From an uncultured Bdellovibrionales bacterium (lineage in GTDB: Bacteria; Patescibacteriota; Minisyncoccia; Moranbacterales; UBA1568), in the NCBI GenBank assembly GCA_964459475.1, contig CAYWLN010000001.1, forward strand, positions 6,137 through 70,136: a stretch of DNA of 64,000 nt, written 5' to 3'. The notes under the pieces were generated by a model. The model was not told the origin of the DNA, searched no databases, and worked only from the letters and a program-made list of their open reading frames with translations. Shown here one piece after another: positions 46,715-56,995 of the stretch. Position 1 is the first letter of the stretch. Each line of letters opens with the position of its first letter. A program made the position numbers and the translations under genes.

Positions 46715-47834
46715 ACTCCCACGGTTTGTTATATCTTCCCAAAAATATCCTCCCCCGACGTTCCAGTTCAACCCCCGTCAATTTGGCATCAAAACAATTG
46801 ACGTAGCCATCGCACACGGTTATAAATGTAGCCCCGACAGGCACCTGAGCCAGCGTGGACTCCAGGACATCGGTAGGAGTATACATAAGTGGAATACTCA
46901 CGCTCCCAGTGATATGAGACCGCAAAAACTTGGCGGGTTCACGAGTATCAACCAGCCACACGCCCTGATCCGCTTCACGTTTCGTTTCTCTGGTTGTGAG
47001 GACCCGCTGATATTGGTCTCCCTGGTAGGTGTCCCCAAACTTGATTGCGCCCTGCCAACTCCCACCATCTTCTACCCACCCACTCGCACCATGCTCTAGG
47101 TATTGCGCCATGAGGTGCTGACTCCTCAGAAATTCCACCACTTCCTGGCCGCGTATCCCCGACCAACAAATCACATATATTGACTGATTGCTCGACAACT
47201 CTTGCCAACGTCCCGCTTTGAGGTCTGCAAATCGGATATGGACACTTCCTGGAAAAAATCCGTTCTCAAACTCGATATCTTCTCGGGCATCGAGGACTAT
47301 GTATGTATCACCCAAACCACCACTTTCCAGATTTTGTTTCAATGCCGCGTTAGTGACAAAGAGTGGTCTCGTATCTATTACCGTCGACAACGACTCAGTC
47401 TCATCCAGTGTTTCTTCTGTAGCCAGACTACCCCCTATACTACTATCGGCCAACATGCTTTCGTTGAATATTCGTTCTTGTTCTTGACTCTCTTGTAGCC
47501 ATTCTGTATATGCGACATTCTGGAGATATGACTCATGCCAAGTCCAAGCCCCTCCGATCAATGCCATGATTACAACCACGCCAATACCCAAAACTTCCTT
47601 ATGCCCCTTCAAAAATTCTATGTGCCACTTGAAGAATTGAATAAGAGCGATGCATATCATTGCCAACACTGCACCCATCAACGAAAAAAATTGGATAGCC
47701 TGAGTGCCAATGCTAAAAACAAAATCTGGTGGTACCACCGCGAGAGTAGGCTGGGGCACACACCAGAGAACCAGTGAGCAGAGGAGTATGCTCAACCAAG
47801 TCGTTTGAGAATAATTTTTGTTGTTTCGTTTCAC
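46707..47834 (-). CDS. Membrane-anchored tandem rhodanese protein
   Basis: 2-3 N-terminal hydrophobic segments; LDARE...CWSGIR and VDTRE...CDGYVNC; probable GTG start. Confidence 0.85.
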   Translation of the reverse strand: MKRNNKNYSQTTWLSILLCSLVLWCVPQPTLAVVPPDFVFSIGTQAIQFFSLMGAVLAMICIALIQFFKWHIEFLKGHKEVLGIGVVVIMALIGGAWTWHESYLQNVAYTEWLQESQEQERIFNESMLADSSIGGSLATEETLDETESLSTVIDTRPLFVTNAALKQNLESGGLGDTYIVLDAREDIEFENGFFPGSVHIRFADLKAGRWQELSSNQSIYVICWSGIRGQEVVEFLRSQHLMAQYLEHGASGWVEDGGSWQGAIKFGDTYQGDQYQRVLTTRETKREADQGVWLVDTREPAKFLRSHITGSVSIPLMYTPTDVLESTLAQVPVGATFITVCDGYVNCFDAKLTGVELERRGRIFLGRYNKPWEYE

Positions 47835-47890
47835 AAAAGTAAAGGGAGTGCTGTGATGCACCCCCATGGCCAAAAAACTCAGAACCTTTC

Positions 47891-48346
47891 TTAGTTCACA
47901 GTGAGGATTTCGTACTTGACGGTGGCGGCGGGGGTGGTCACTTCTACTTTGTCACCCTTGCCCTTGCCCAAGAAGGCCTGGCCAAGTGGGGATTCGTTAG
48001 AAATCTTGCCAGCGGCTGGATCTACTTCGTTTGAACCCACGATTTCAAAATTGAATTCTTTGCCTCCAACTTTGACTGCGAGCTTGGAACCCATGCCGAT
48101 TGTCTCAGTGCTCTTGTGCTTCTCAGCCACCACCGAGTCCTTGAGCATGCTCTCAAGCTCAGCGATGCGTGATTCGTTTTCGTTCTGATGATTTTTGGCC
48201 TCGCTATATTCGGCGTTTTCGGAGAGGTCACCCTGCTCCTTGGCTTCTTTGATTGCATCAGCAATCTCGTGGCGGATTTTGGTCTTCCGCTCTTCGAGTT
48301 CGGTCTGCAATTTTTTGAGCCCTTCTGGAGTAAATATTTTTGCCAT
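47891..48346 (-). CDS. greA: Transcription elongation factor GreA
   Basis: GDLSENAEY, ISNESPLG. Confidence 0.98.
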   Translation of the reverse strand: MAKIFTPEGLKKLQTELEERKTKIRHEIADAIKEAKEQGDLSENAEYSEAKNHQNENESRIAELESMLKDSVVAEKHKSTETIGMGSKLAVKVGGKEFNFEIVGSNEVDPAAGKISNESPLGQAFLGKGKGDKVEVTTPAATVKYEILTVN

Positions 48347-48561
48347 AAAAGCGTGTTGATACAAAAGAAAATTCTCTCCCAAGAGGAAAGAATGGAATTA
48401 AGAGTTCCTCAATACTACCAAAATACGAAGAATTGTCAATCCCGCACCTTTTTGCCTTAAATAAGCTGAAAACTTATTAAAAAATATGGGTTTCTACGGG
48501 GAAATATAACTAAAAAAGTGTCCAGCATACTGAGCGACCACGAAGCCAAAAAGGTGCGGGA

Positions 48562-50457
48562 TCAATCCTCGCTGTTCTCGCGGTTGAAATACCATTGATA
48601 GACCTCTTTGGTCACCGGGACGGCATTGTAACCCTCCTCTCCCTGTCCCTCGACAAGGACAATGATGGCGAGCTCAGGTGCTTCAAACGGTGCAAAGGAC
48701 ACAAACCAACCGTGCGTCTTGTCCTCATTCCCGAACTGGGCGGTTCCGGTCTTGCCGGCCACGGCAACGGGGAGGTCAGCCAACTGCTGAGCTGTCCCCT
48801 CAGTCACTGTCTCCCGCATACCCTCCCGCACGATACGGAGGATATTGGCATCGATGAATTTCTCCCGAATGATCCGCGTCGGCACCGCTGTCACTTTGCC
48901 GTCATAGGAGCGAATCTGGGAAACGATGCGCGGTTCGTAGAGCGTCCCGCCATTGGCGATAGCAACGATAGAGTTGAGAACCTGGAGTGGTGTCGCTGTC
49001 ACAAACCCTTGTCCAATAGATGAGTTGTAGTCATCGCCGATGTACCAGCGCTCACCAATCTTTGCTTGCTTCCAAGTAGCATCTGGCAAAAGTCCCGTGA
49101 CCTCACCGCCGACATCGATACCGGTCTTGGCTCCGTACCCAAAGAGCTCCTCATACTTTTTCATCCGGTTCATCCCGAGTCCCTGTATCCCGCCATACCC
49201 TCCGCCAATAGAATAGAAAAACACATCACTCGACACAGCGATAGCTCTCCTGATATCGGTAAAGCCGTGAACTTTCCAGTCACCAAAGAAGAACCGTCCG
49301 ACATTGATCCCTCCCCGACTCTCAATCTGTGTATGTTCATCCACCACCCCCTCGGTGAGAGCAGCGGCCGCGAGGACCGGCTTGATCGTCGACCCGGGTG
49401 GATAGGCTCCGGCCACCACCCGATTGAAGAGAGGCTCCGATGGATCATTTAGAAGTGCGCGATAGTCCTCACCAGAGATCCCGCCAGCAAAGAGATTGTT
49501 GTCGAAACTCGGGAGGCTGACAAGCGCGCGCACGGCGCCACTCCGCGGGTCGATAGCAACCGCACCAGCCCGCTTCAAATCATTCTTTTCGAGAATCGTC
49601 TGGAGGCTATCAAAAATTTTCTTCTGGAGGTCGGCATCGATATTGAGGATGAGGTCCTGTCCGGGGACTGGCTGGACGACGCCGAGCTCTTTCTTGACCT
49701 TGCCAAAGGCATCTACCTCAACTCGTTCCCATCCGTGTTTGCCTCGCAGGGCCGACTCGTAGCTCTTTTCTATCCCCTGCTTGCCAATCGAATCAGTGAG
49801 GAGATAGTCCGGGTGCGCCTCGAGCTCTTCCTTGCGAATCTTGCCTTCGTAACCGAGGATATGAGAAAAGATGAGGCTATCGAGATACTGGCGACGCGTC
49901 GTCTGGTAGAGACCTACCCCGGGGAGCTCGTGGCTCTGACTGAGGTACAGAAGCGTCTCTTCTTGACCGATACGTTCCTTGAGGAGAATCGGGAGAGTCG
50001 AACGCCGGTCCAACTTGGCAAAGGCGTTGTCGATGACCTCACTTTCGAGACCAAAGAGCGTAGCCATCCGACGTTTCAGTTCGGCCTGGGCTCCTTCGTC
50101 AGTCGGTACGTCAGCGGGCACGAGCACCGCGTCGACACTGGGGATATTCTGGACCAGTGGCTTACCTGTAATGTCGTACATAATCCCGCGAGGAGCCGGG
50201 ATGATGAGCGCCCGTAGGCTGTTCTTGAGCGCGATGAGGCTGTATTCTTCGCCTTTGATGACGCTCAAGAAAAATATCCGTCCACCGAGTACGACGAGAA
50301 AGAGCACCATCCCCATGAGAAACCAGCGTGAGACGGATCGATTGAGAGGCCACTCCATCTTGACTGCGTCCTTTTCGGACAGTGTCAGGACGGCATCATC
50401 AATCTCCATGCTTCCTCGCTCATGAAGGAGTTCGTCTTTGCGAATAAAGAGTTTCAT
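48562..50457 (-). CDS. mrdA: Penicillin-binding protein 2
   Basis: PGSTIK (SxxK), SSD, KTG; in the mre operon. Confidence 0.96.
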   Translation of the reverse strand: MKLFIRKDELLHERGSMEIDDAVLTLSEKDAVKMEWPLNRSVSRWFLMGMVLFLVVLGGRIFFLSVIKGEEYSLIALKNSLRALIIPAPRGIMYDITGKPLVQNIPSVDAVLVPADVPTDEGAQAELKRRMATLFGLESEVIDNAFAKLDRRSTLPILLKERIGQEETLLYLSQSHELPGVGLYQTTRRQYLDSLIFSHILGYEGKIRKEELEAHPDYLLTDSIGKQGIEKSYESALRGKHGWERVEVDAFGKVKKELGVVQPVPGQDLILNIDADLQKKIFDSLQTILEKNDLKRAGAVAIDPRSGAVRALVSLPSFDNNLFAGGISGEDYRALLNDPSEPLFNRVVAGAYPPGSTIKPVLAAAALTEGVVDEHTQIESRGGINVGRFFFGDWKVHGFTDIRRAIAVSSDVFFYSIGGGYGGIQGLGMNRMKKYEELFGYGAKTGIDVGGEVTGLLPDATWKQAKIGERWYIGDDYNSSIGQGFVTATPLQVLNSIVAIANGGTLYEPRIVSQIRSYDGKVTAVPTRIIREKFIDANILRIVREGMRETVTEGTAQQLADLPVAVAGKTGTAQFGNEDKTHGWFVSFAPFEAPELAIIVLVEGQGEEGYNAVPVTKEVYQWYFNRENSED

Positions 50458-50459
50458 AG

Positions 50460-50993
50460 CTAGCGTATATTGCGAAATTGGCGCTCGCTCATCTGCCTCA
50501 CAAAAGTCTCAAAACGAGAGATACCTGCTACCGTGATCATAAACACCGGGAGGAAAACAAGCAATGAGAAAATCAGACTCTCCTCTGAAGGAGCTGAAAA
50601 TCCAAATATCCGAATATCACTCTCGACCGATAGTGCTCCGTAGAGAAATTGGTAAAAGAGGGCCGCGAGATAGGAGAGGAGTCCATAGAGTACCACGCCG
50701 ATACCCTGGTGCTCGAGGAGGAGGCGACGAAGGAGAAAGCTCGTGACATAGGAAAAGACAACCGCGTAGACCGAAAACCACGTCACTCCCCCAAAGGTCA
50801 CTGCATCGTAGAGGAGCGTGAGAGGCACAACCACCAAGAGCGCAGAGGGAAAATTACGAGCCAGCGTGAGCGCAGCGATGACACCGAGGAGAAAGAGCGG
50901 GGCGCGAAACCAGGGAAAAAGAATGCTAAAAAAAGATACTTGGAGAAAGACGAGCGTCAAAAGTAGGAGTACTCGGAGAACAAATATTTTCAT
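50460..50993 (-). CDS. mreD: Rod shape protein MreD
   Basis: About 5 TM segments; position between mreC and mrdA. Confidence 0.75.
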   Translation of the reverse strand: MKIFVLRVLLLLTLVFLQVSFFSILFPWFRAPLFLLGVIAALTLARNFPSALLVVVPLTLLYDAVTFGGVTWFSVYAVVFSYVTSFLLRRLLLEHQGIGVVLYGLLSYLAALFYQFLYGALSVESDIRIFGFSAPSEESLIFSLLVFLPVFMITVAGISRFETFVRQMSERQFRNIR

Positions 50994-51811
50994 GGCGCGA
51001 GAGATTCTTGGATGATAAAGACGTAGTGGAGAGTCGAGAAATCAACTGGAGAGGTGACCGCTGCTCGTTTATAGAGGTGATCGGCTGTCGGCTGAGGACG
51101 GTCGAGGACGCCAACGAGGAGGTTCTTGGGATACGTACCCCCGAGACCGGAGGTAATGACTCGGTGCCCCGTCTCAAGTGTCGCATCCTGAAGGACCATA
51201 TCAAAGAGGATGCCAAGGCCGTACTCACCCTTGACGATGCCCTGAGCCTCCCCTTCGAGAGTCACTCCACTCACCAAACTGTCAGGATTGGAGAGAAGCA
51301 TTACCCGAGAGCTCTGTGGGAATACTTCGGTCACGCGACCGACGAGCACTCCTCCGTAGACGATGACGGGCATCCCCGTGGCAATCCCCTGAAACGAACC
51401 TTGATCGAGGGTAAGCCAGTTCCCGAGTCCGGCTGTGTCACGACCGATGACGGCCGCTGGTTTGAGGCGATAATTCTCCCGTGGGAGCATCTCAAGCTCA
51501 CGACGGAGCTCATCATTTTCTCGCCCGAGCGCCTCATAGCGTGCATTCTCAGCCGTGAGACGGGTGTTTTCTGCCAAGAGCCTAGCGTTTTCAGTCTTGA
51601 GCTCACCGATAGACCCAAGAAACGTCGTGGTATCAGTGAGGCCAAAAGCAAGTGAAGAAAAAAGACTCTGTAGCGGGTACCCCAAAGTCGAGAGCACCGT
51701 GCGGAGTGGCTCCATGATAAATCGTGGCTGAAATATCAAACAGAATGAAAGTACCAAAGCGACCAGCAAGGCTCGAAAGAATTTCGTTTGCGTGAATCGG
51801 TGACGCAACAT
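50990..51811 (-). CDS. mreC: Rod shape protein MreC
   Basis: TM, coiled coil (EN..L), TSGLGGTYP. Confidence 0.95.
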   Translation of the reverse strand: MLRHRFTQTKFFRALLVALVLSFCLIFQPRFIMEPLRTVLSTLGYPLQSLFSSLAFGLTDTTTFLGSIGELKTENARLLAENTRLTAENARYEALGRENDELRRELEMLPRENYRLKPAAVIGRDTAGLGNWLTLDQGSFQGIATGMPVIVYGGVLVGRVTEVFPQSSRVMLLSNPDSLVSGVTLEGEAQGIVKGEYGLGILFDMVLQDATLETGHRVITSGLGGTYPKNLLVGVLDRPQPTADHLYKRAAVTSPVDFSTLHYVFIIQESLAP

Positions 51812-51819
51812 AGGATGTT

Positions 51820-52914
51820 TTAGCCGAGAGGTTTGTTGTTTTCTTCTTCAATGAGTACTTCCTTGAGACTCTCCATATCATCGAGGACAATACCGGTGCC
51901 ACGCACCACTGCGGTGAGCGGATCCTCCATCATACGCACTGGGATGCCCGTCTGATTGGCGATGAGCTTGTCCATACCACGGATGAGGCTGCCTCCACCG
52001 GCGAGAATGATGCCCCGTTGCATGATATCGGCCAAGAGCTCTGGTGGTGTCTCTTCCACGATAGTTTTGATATTGTTCACAATGATGCGAATCGAACGAG
52101 AGAGGGCTTCGCGGATGTGTTCGTCGGTGGCGAGAACCTCCTTAGGAAGACCAGAAACCAAGTCCCGTCCGCGCAGTGGAAAGGTGAGACGTTCCCGCTG
52201 TGGATAGGCGCTCCCGATAGCAATCTTGGCGTCTTCAGCAGTCCGCTCGCCGATAAGAATGTTGAACTCATCCCGACTGTACCGGACGATGTCTTCGTTC
52301 ATCTCGTCCCCTGCGATCCGGAGACTCCGGGAGAGGACGACACCACCGAGCGAGATGACCGCAATCTCAGTCGTCCCACCACCGATATCGACGACCATGT
52401 TGCCAGCCGCATCGATGACCGGGAGACGAGCACCGATAGCAGCAGCCATCGGTTCATCGATGAGAAAGGCTTGGCGCGCTCCGGCGTTCATCGCTGCTTC
52501 GATCACGGCGCGCTTTTCTACTTCGGTCACGCCGGATGGGATACCGATGAGCACTCGAGGACGGCGAAGAAACGAGAAACTATCTTGGTTTACTTTGTTG
52601 ATAAAGTAACGGAGCATCTGCTCGGTCACTTCGAAATCACTGATGACACCATCGACGAGGGGTCGGGTCGCGACGATATGGCCTGGGGTTTTCCCGACCA
52701 TCTTCTTGGCTTCGCGTCCAATAGCGAGAATCTGACCCGTGCGCTGGTTTACTGCCACCACTGAGGGTTCGTTGATGACGATACCCTTGCCACGCACATA
52801 GACGAGGGTATTGGCGGTACCGAGATCTATCCCGATATCCTGGGACAAATGACTAAAAAACCTATCAATAAGGCCTTTTTGGAAGTTTTTGATAAAGCGC
52901 TCAAGGCTCGACAT
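51820..52914 (-). CDS. mreB: Rod shape protein MreB
   Basis: GIDLGTANT, DIGGGTT, LAGGGS. Confidence 0.98.
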   Translation of the reverse strand: MSSLERFIKNFQKGLIDRFFSHLSQDIGIDLGTANTLVYVRGKGIVINEPSVVAVNQRTGQILAIGREAKKMVGKTPGHIVATRPLVDGVISDFEVTEQMLRYFINKVNQDSFSFLRRPRVLIGIPSGVTEVEKRAVIEAAMNAGARQAFLIDEPMAAAIGARLPVIDAAGNMVVDIGGGTTEIAVISLGGVVLSRSLRIAGDEMNEDIVRYSRDEFNILIGERTAEDAKIAIGSAYPQRERLTFPLRGRDLVSGLPKEVLATDEHIREALSRSIRIIVNNIKTIVEETPPELLADIMQRGIILAGGGSLIRGMDKLIANQTGIPVRMMEDPLTAVVRGTGIVLDDMESLKEVLIEEENNKPLG

Positions 52915-53007
52915 AGGCTAGAAATTCCCCAGTGGGGCTCAAAAACGGGACATCCCCCATTCTATCCCATTCCGAGGAATTTTTCCAGTCGAGAGGAAAA
53001 AGCTATT

Positions 53008-54336
53008 TTACGGGGTTAAGCGCTTCACATCACGCGGATAGAGGATAGCCTCCTTGATAGAAGACAAGCCCAAGAGCTTCTGTACTATGCGCTCACTCCC
53101 AAGTCCCCAGCCACCATGTGGCGGAGCACCAAACTTAAAGATATCTAGATAGTCTGTGAATGTTTCTGGATCCAGTCCTCGACTCTCAATAATACTCTTC
53201 AGTTGAACATAGTCATGGACACGCTGTGCTCCAGAGGCAATCTCTACACCACGGAACACGAGATCGTATGACTCACACAATTTTGGATTCTCTGGACTCG
53301 GCAAGCTATAGAACGCCCGCGCCAGCGTCGGATAGTGGGTCAGAAACACAAAGTCAGAGTTGTACTTTTTCTTCACATACTCACCAATCATGCGCTCTCC
53401 TTCACTATCGATATCCCCTTCTTCAAGCACCTTGCCATATTCATTCTTCAAAATCTCGAATGCTTCGGAAAGCCTGATGCGAGGTATCGCGACCCGTTCT
53501 GGAATCGTCGCACCATAGAGCGCCAGGGATGACTGACAGGTCGCACCAATATGCTCCAAGACATGATAGATCGTCTTCTCAAGCATCATCATCACATCTT
53601 CCATGCTGTCGATAAATGCCATCTCGGCATCCAAGCCAGTGAATTCGGTCACATGACGCGTCGTATAGCTCGGTTCCGCTCGAAAGACAGAGCCCACTTC
53701 AAAAACGCGCTCAAAGGCGCTCATCCCCGCCTGCTTGTAGAACTGTGGGCTCTGAGCCAAATAGGCATCACGGTCAAAATATTTGATCTTGAAAAAATTG
53801 GCTCCACCCTCGGTCGCTGCAGAGAGAATCTTGGGCGTCTTGATTTCCATGAAACCCTCACTCCGCATAAAATCAGCATATCCAGCAAGAAGAGCGCTAT
53901 AAATCTGAAAAATCGCCTGCACCTTTGGGTTGCGGAGTGTTACCGTCCGGTTATTGAGCAGCGTCTCAAGCTGGAGACCCATCTCAGCCTGAGATACATC
54001 CACTGACAACTCTTCGGTTGGCTTACTCAGAACGGAAAGTGTCGTTACTTCAATTTCAATGAGATCAGTTGGGTCGACCGAGGCCTCCTGTCCCTTTTTG
54101 GTAGGACGTGATTTCACGAGGCCCGTCACAGAGACTGAATACTCCGAACGGACATCCTTTGTAGATTCAATCAAATCAGATTTTTCTGGTGTCACCACAA
54201 GTTGTACATGTCCACTCCGATCACGCATCTCAAAGAACACCAACTTACCATGGTCTCGACGTACGGTAATCCAGCCAGAAAGCCGTACTTCCTTTCCGAC
54301 CTGGTCCACTGCTTCACGTATCAGTACTCGCTCCAT
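53008..54336 (-). CDS. aspS: Non-discriminating (short, archaeal-type) aspartyl-tRNA synthetase
   Basis: LAQSPQFYKQ, FRAE, SGAQR, GAPPHGGWGLG; 442 aa without the GAD insertion. Confidence 0.93.
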   Translation of the reverse strand: MERVLIREAVDQVGKEVRLSGWITVRRDHGKLVFFEMRDRSGHVQLVVTPEKSDLIESTKDVRSEYSVSVTGLVKSRPTKKGQEASVDPTDLIEIEVTTLSVLSKPTEELSVDVSQAEMGLQLETLLNNRTVTLRNPKVQAIFQIYSALLAGYADFMRSEGFMEIKTPKILSAATEGGANFFKIKYFDRDAYLAQSPQFYKQAGMSAFERVFEVGSVFRAEPSYTTRHVTEFTGLDAEMAFIDSMEDVMMMLEKTIYHVLEHIGATCQSSLALYGATIPERVAIPRIRLSEAFEILKNEYGKVLEEGDIDSEGERMIGEYVKKKYNSDFVFLTHYPTLARAFYSLPSPENPKLCESYDLVFRGVEIASGAQRVHDYVQLKSIIESRGLDPETFTDYLDIFKFGAPPHGGWGLGSERIVQKLLGLSSIKEAILYPRDVKRLTP

Positions 54337-54354
54337 ACATTCGTAGATATATAC

Positions 54355-55167
54355 TTACTTGCCCTGGAAATAATCATTGACCGCGTAGGCCAGTTCACTC
54401 GGAGTAATTTCTGTTTTGAGAAAGGCCTTGGTCACGATACCAGCATCGGTGAGCACCCTGACACTCTCATCTTCGAGTGAGACCGAGGCCGAGAGGAGAA
54501 ATATCGGGACGTGTTTCCCCTCCTCTTCTTCTTTCAGTCTGGTAATGAATTCGCGCCCGTCCATATTGGGCATCATGACATCGGTGATGATGAGGTCAAA
54601 CTGGGTTTCGAGCGCCGTCGCCAAGCCCTTGGCACCATCTTGTTCTGCGACCACCTCGTACCCTTCGCTCCGGAGACGCTTACTAAACATCTCGACAAAT
54701 ACTGGTTCGTCCTCGATCAAAAGGAGTTTTTTGCCGAGACCGATTTTTTCGACTGATGGCGTTGTCTCAGCAGTAGCATTCTTGTCCTGCTCTTTAAACT
54801 GTCGGAGAAAACGCTCAATCTCTGCCACGACTTCCGATGGAGAAAATTCGGTCTTGGAGATAAAGCCATTGGCACCGAGGCCCAGTACCTGCTCGCGATC
54901 CTCCTGACTACTCAGGTTACTAAACACCACGACTTTGAGATTGGCATTGTACTCCTTGTTGTGACGGAGCTCGCGCAGGACCTCGGTTCCGCTCATTTCG
55001 GGAAGGACGAGGTCGAGGAGAACCAAGTCAAAATGCTGTTCTTTCACTTCTTTGAGTACTGCCTTACCAGAAGTGACATTCAAGAGCTCAAAACCGGACG
55101 TTTCCAGCTTTTTCTTGTAGATTTCAGCGATAAACGGATCGTCTTCAACCAGGAGGATTTTGGTCAT
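54355..55167 (-). CDS. Response regulator with two receiver domains and no output domain
   Basis: LVEDD...LLDLVLP...K and LIEDE...TDVMMP...K. Confidence 0.92.
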   Translation of the reverse strand: MTKILLVEDDPFIAEIYKKKLETSGFELLNVTSGKAVLKEVKEQHFDLVLLDLVLPEMSGTEVLRELRHNKEYNANLKVVVFSNLSSQEDREQVLGLGANGFISKTEFSPSEVVAEIERFLRQFKEQDKNATAETTPSVEKIGLGKKLLLIEDEPVFVEMFSKRLRSEGYEVVAEQDGAKGLATALETQFDLIITDVMMPNMDGREFITRLKEEEEGKHVPIFLLSASVSLEDESVRVLTDAGIVTKAFLKTEITPSELAYAVNDYFQGK

Positions 55168-55215
55168 AGCGCAAGATTTATATCAAAGTTACGATAACAG
55201 AAATGGGTCGAGGAA

Positions 55216-56907
55216 TCAACTGGTGACCGACCCAGGATGGGGCGGTTCAACTGGGAGCTTGATAATAAAGGTCGATCCCTTACTAGGGCCCTCGGACTCG
55301 ACCGAGAGGAGCCCACCGTGCGCCTCGACAAAGTTCTTACCGACATAGAGACCGAGCCCCGTGCCAGACACATCGAGTTTCATCGTCTCAGAACTCCGAG
55401 TGAACTTTTCAAACAGGCGCTTGCTGTCGTTCGGGTCTACCCCGATACCCGTATCCTGTACTCGTACCGCCACATACCGATCATCGCCTTCGACAGTCAC
55501 GGTCACTCCACCTTCTTTGGTATATTTGAGAGCGTTGTCGATCAAGTTCGAGATCACCTCACGCATCTTGGTAGCATCGATCATAAGCTTGGGGAGAGAT
55601 TTCTTGGGAAGCTTCATCTTGAGCGAGAGGCCCTTGCTCTTGGCCATGATGCTAAACATATCGACGAGATCCGCCACCATCGGCTCGAGCTGAGTCGCCA
55701 CCAGGTTGTACTGGACTCGGCCCGACTCGATACGCGAGATACTCAGGAGATCTTCGACGAGCTGTCCCATCCGATTGTTCACTACATAGACCTTGTTCAA
55801 GACATCCTGGAGTGTCGGCGTCACTTTGCCATAGGAACCCTCGAGGACGAGTGAGATGTACCCTCGGATAGCTGTGAGCGGAGTCCGGAGCTGGTGTGAC
55901 GCTATCGAGATAAACTCGCTCTTGGCCGCATCGAGACGCTTCAACTCCTGGTTGGCCTCAGCTAGCTCTTGAGATAACACTTGTAGTTCTTCTTTGCTCC
56001 GAACTTCTCGATCTACCATCTTAGCCAGTAATCCCATGCTTAAAAACATGGCGATAAAAATAAGACATCGCATAACCACTTGATACAAACTCTCCGCGAG
56101 AAAAATCTGAAGAAAAGTACCAAGCAAAATAATAAAAGAAAGGGTCTCCGTGGCCAATACTTTAGCGTTGAACAGTCGATACCTCAGAATCGCATAGCCA
56201 GGAAACAACACAATAAATATTGGACTAAATGTGCCAAGAAGTCCGTAAATATTGGCACTCGGACTCGTGGCGATGAGATCGACAAAAAAAACATTGGTGG
56301 CAAGAATGGTGATCACGCTGATGAAAATACCAATCAGCGAATACGCATAAGGCGCTTTGTCTCCACCCTTGGTCTTACGTAATCCCCAGAAAATAAATCC
56401 AATACCTACGAGAGAAACAACTGCCACAACAATGTCGTATAAAGTACCCAGAGGGCCGTATACCGGATTGATAATATTATTGCCATCAATTATTGCACCC
56501 GACAATATCCAAGGAGTCAGAAACACCAGCAAAAAAATAATACTCGGAATTATAAAAAACAGTGAGCGCGCATAGACATTCACCACCCATTTAAACCTGA
56601 CAATATCCAAACAGAAGAGCAGTATCGAAAAAGCCAAAAATGCTCCGCTCGAGAAGTCAACAAGTAGAAAAACATGTCGCCAATACTCAATATCGATGAC
56701 ATCTTCAAAAAAGCGCGAAACTGTCCAGAATAAAATAGAGAGAGTCAACGAAAAGAAACTTTGGTTGACATGTTTTTTTGGATCCTTGTATATAACAAAG
56801 GAACCAAGAAGCAACAACAAGAAAGCGATACAAGAAACAAAGACCGCACTACTCGTAAACGTCACATGTGAGAGATCAGGGATTACTGTAATTAGTATAC
56901 AATACAT
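55216..56907 (-). CDS. Sensor histidine kinase with 7TM-type N-terminal membrane domain
   Basis: SHQLRTPL, NLIDNALKYT, DTGIG, GTGLGL; 8-9 N-terminal TM segments. Confidence 0.95.
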   Translation of the reverse strand: MYCILITVIPDLSHVTFTSSAVFVSCIAFLLLLLGSFVIYKDPKKHVNQSFFSLTLSILFWTVSRFFEDVIDIEYWRHVFLLVDFSSGAFLAFSILLFCLDIVRFKWVVNVYARSLFFIIPSIIFLLVFLTPWILSGAIIDGNNIINPVYGPLGTLYDIVVAVVSLVGIGFIFWGLRKTKGGDKAPYAYSLIGIFISVITILATNVFFVDLIATSPSANIYGLLGTFSPIFIVLFPGYAILRYRLFNAKVLATETLSFIILLGTFLQIFLAESLYQVVMRCLIFIAMFLSMGLLAKMVDREVRSKEELQVLSQELAEANQELKRLDAAKSEFISIASHQLRTPLTAIRGYISLVLEGSYGKVTPTLQDVLNKVYVVNNRMGQLVEDLLSISRIESGRVQYNLVATQLEPMVADLVDMFSIMAKSKGLSLKMKLPKKSLPKLMIDATKMREVISNLIDNALKYTKEGGVTVTVEGDDRYVAVRVQDTGIGVDPNDSKRLFEKFTRSSETMKLDVSGTGLGLYVGKNFVEAHGGLLSVESEGPSKGSTFIIKLPVEPPHPGSVTS

Positions 56908-56995
56908 CCCACTAAGAGAATAGGGATTTGCTTGACGAATCGCTCAAAGTCGCTTACCCTTGTGTACACAGTTCCTATTGGCTGGAGGCCATCTC

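Noticed and set aside
44654-46771. Annotation as PEP synthase (ppsA) or PPDK
   Set aside because: No C-terminal PEP/pyruvate TIM barrel; the His-swivel domain is terminal.
47835-47873. MAMGVHH start for the rhodanese gene
   Set aside because: It overlaps the greA terminator-like hairpin; GTG at 47834 precedes a better signal-like N-terminus.
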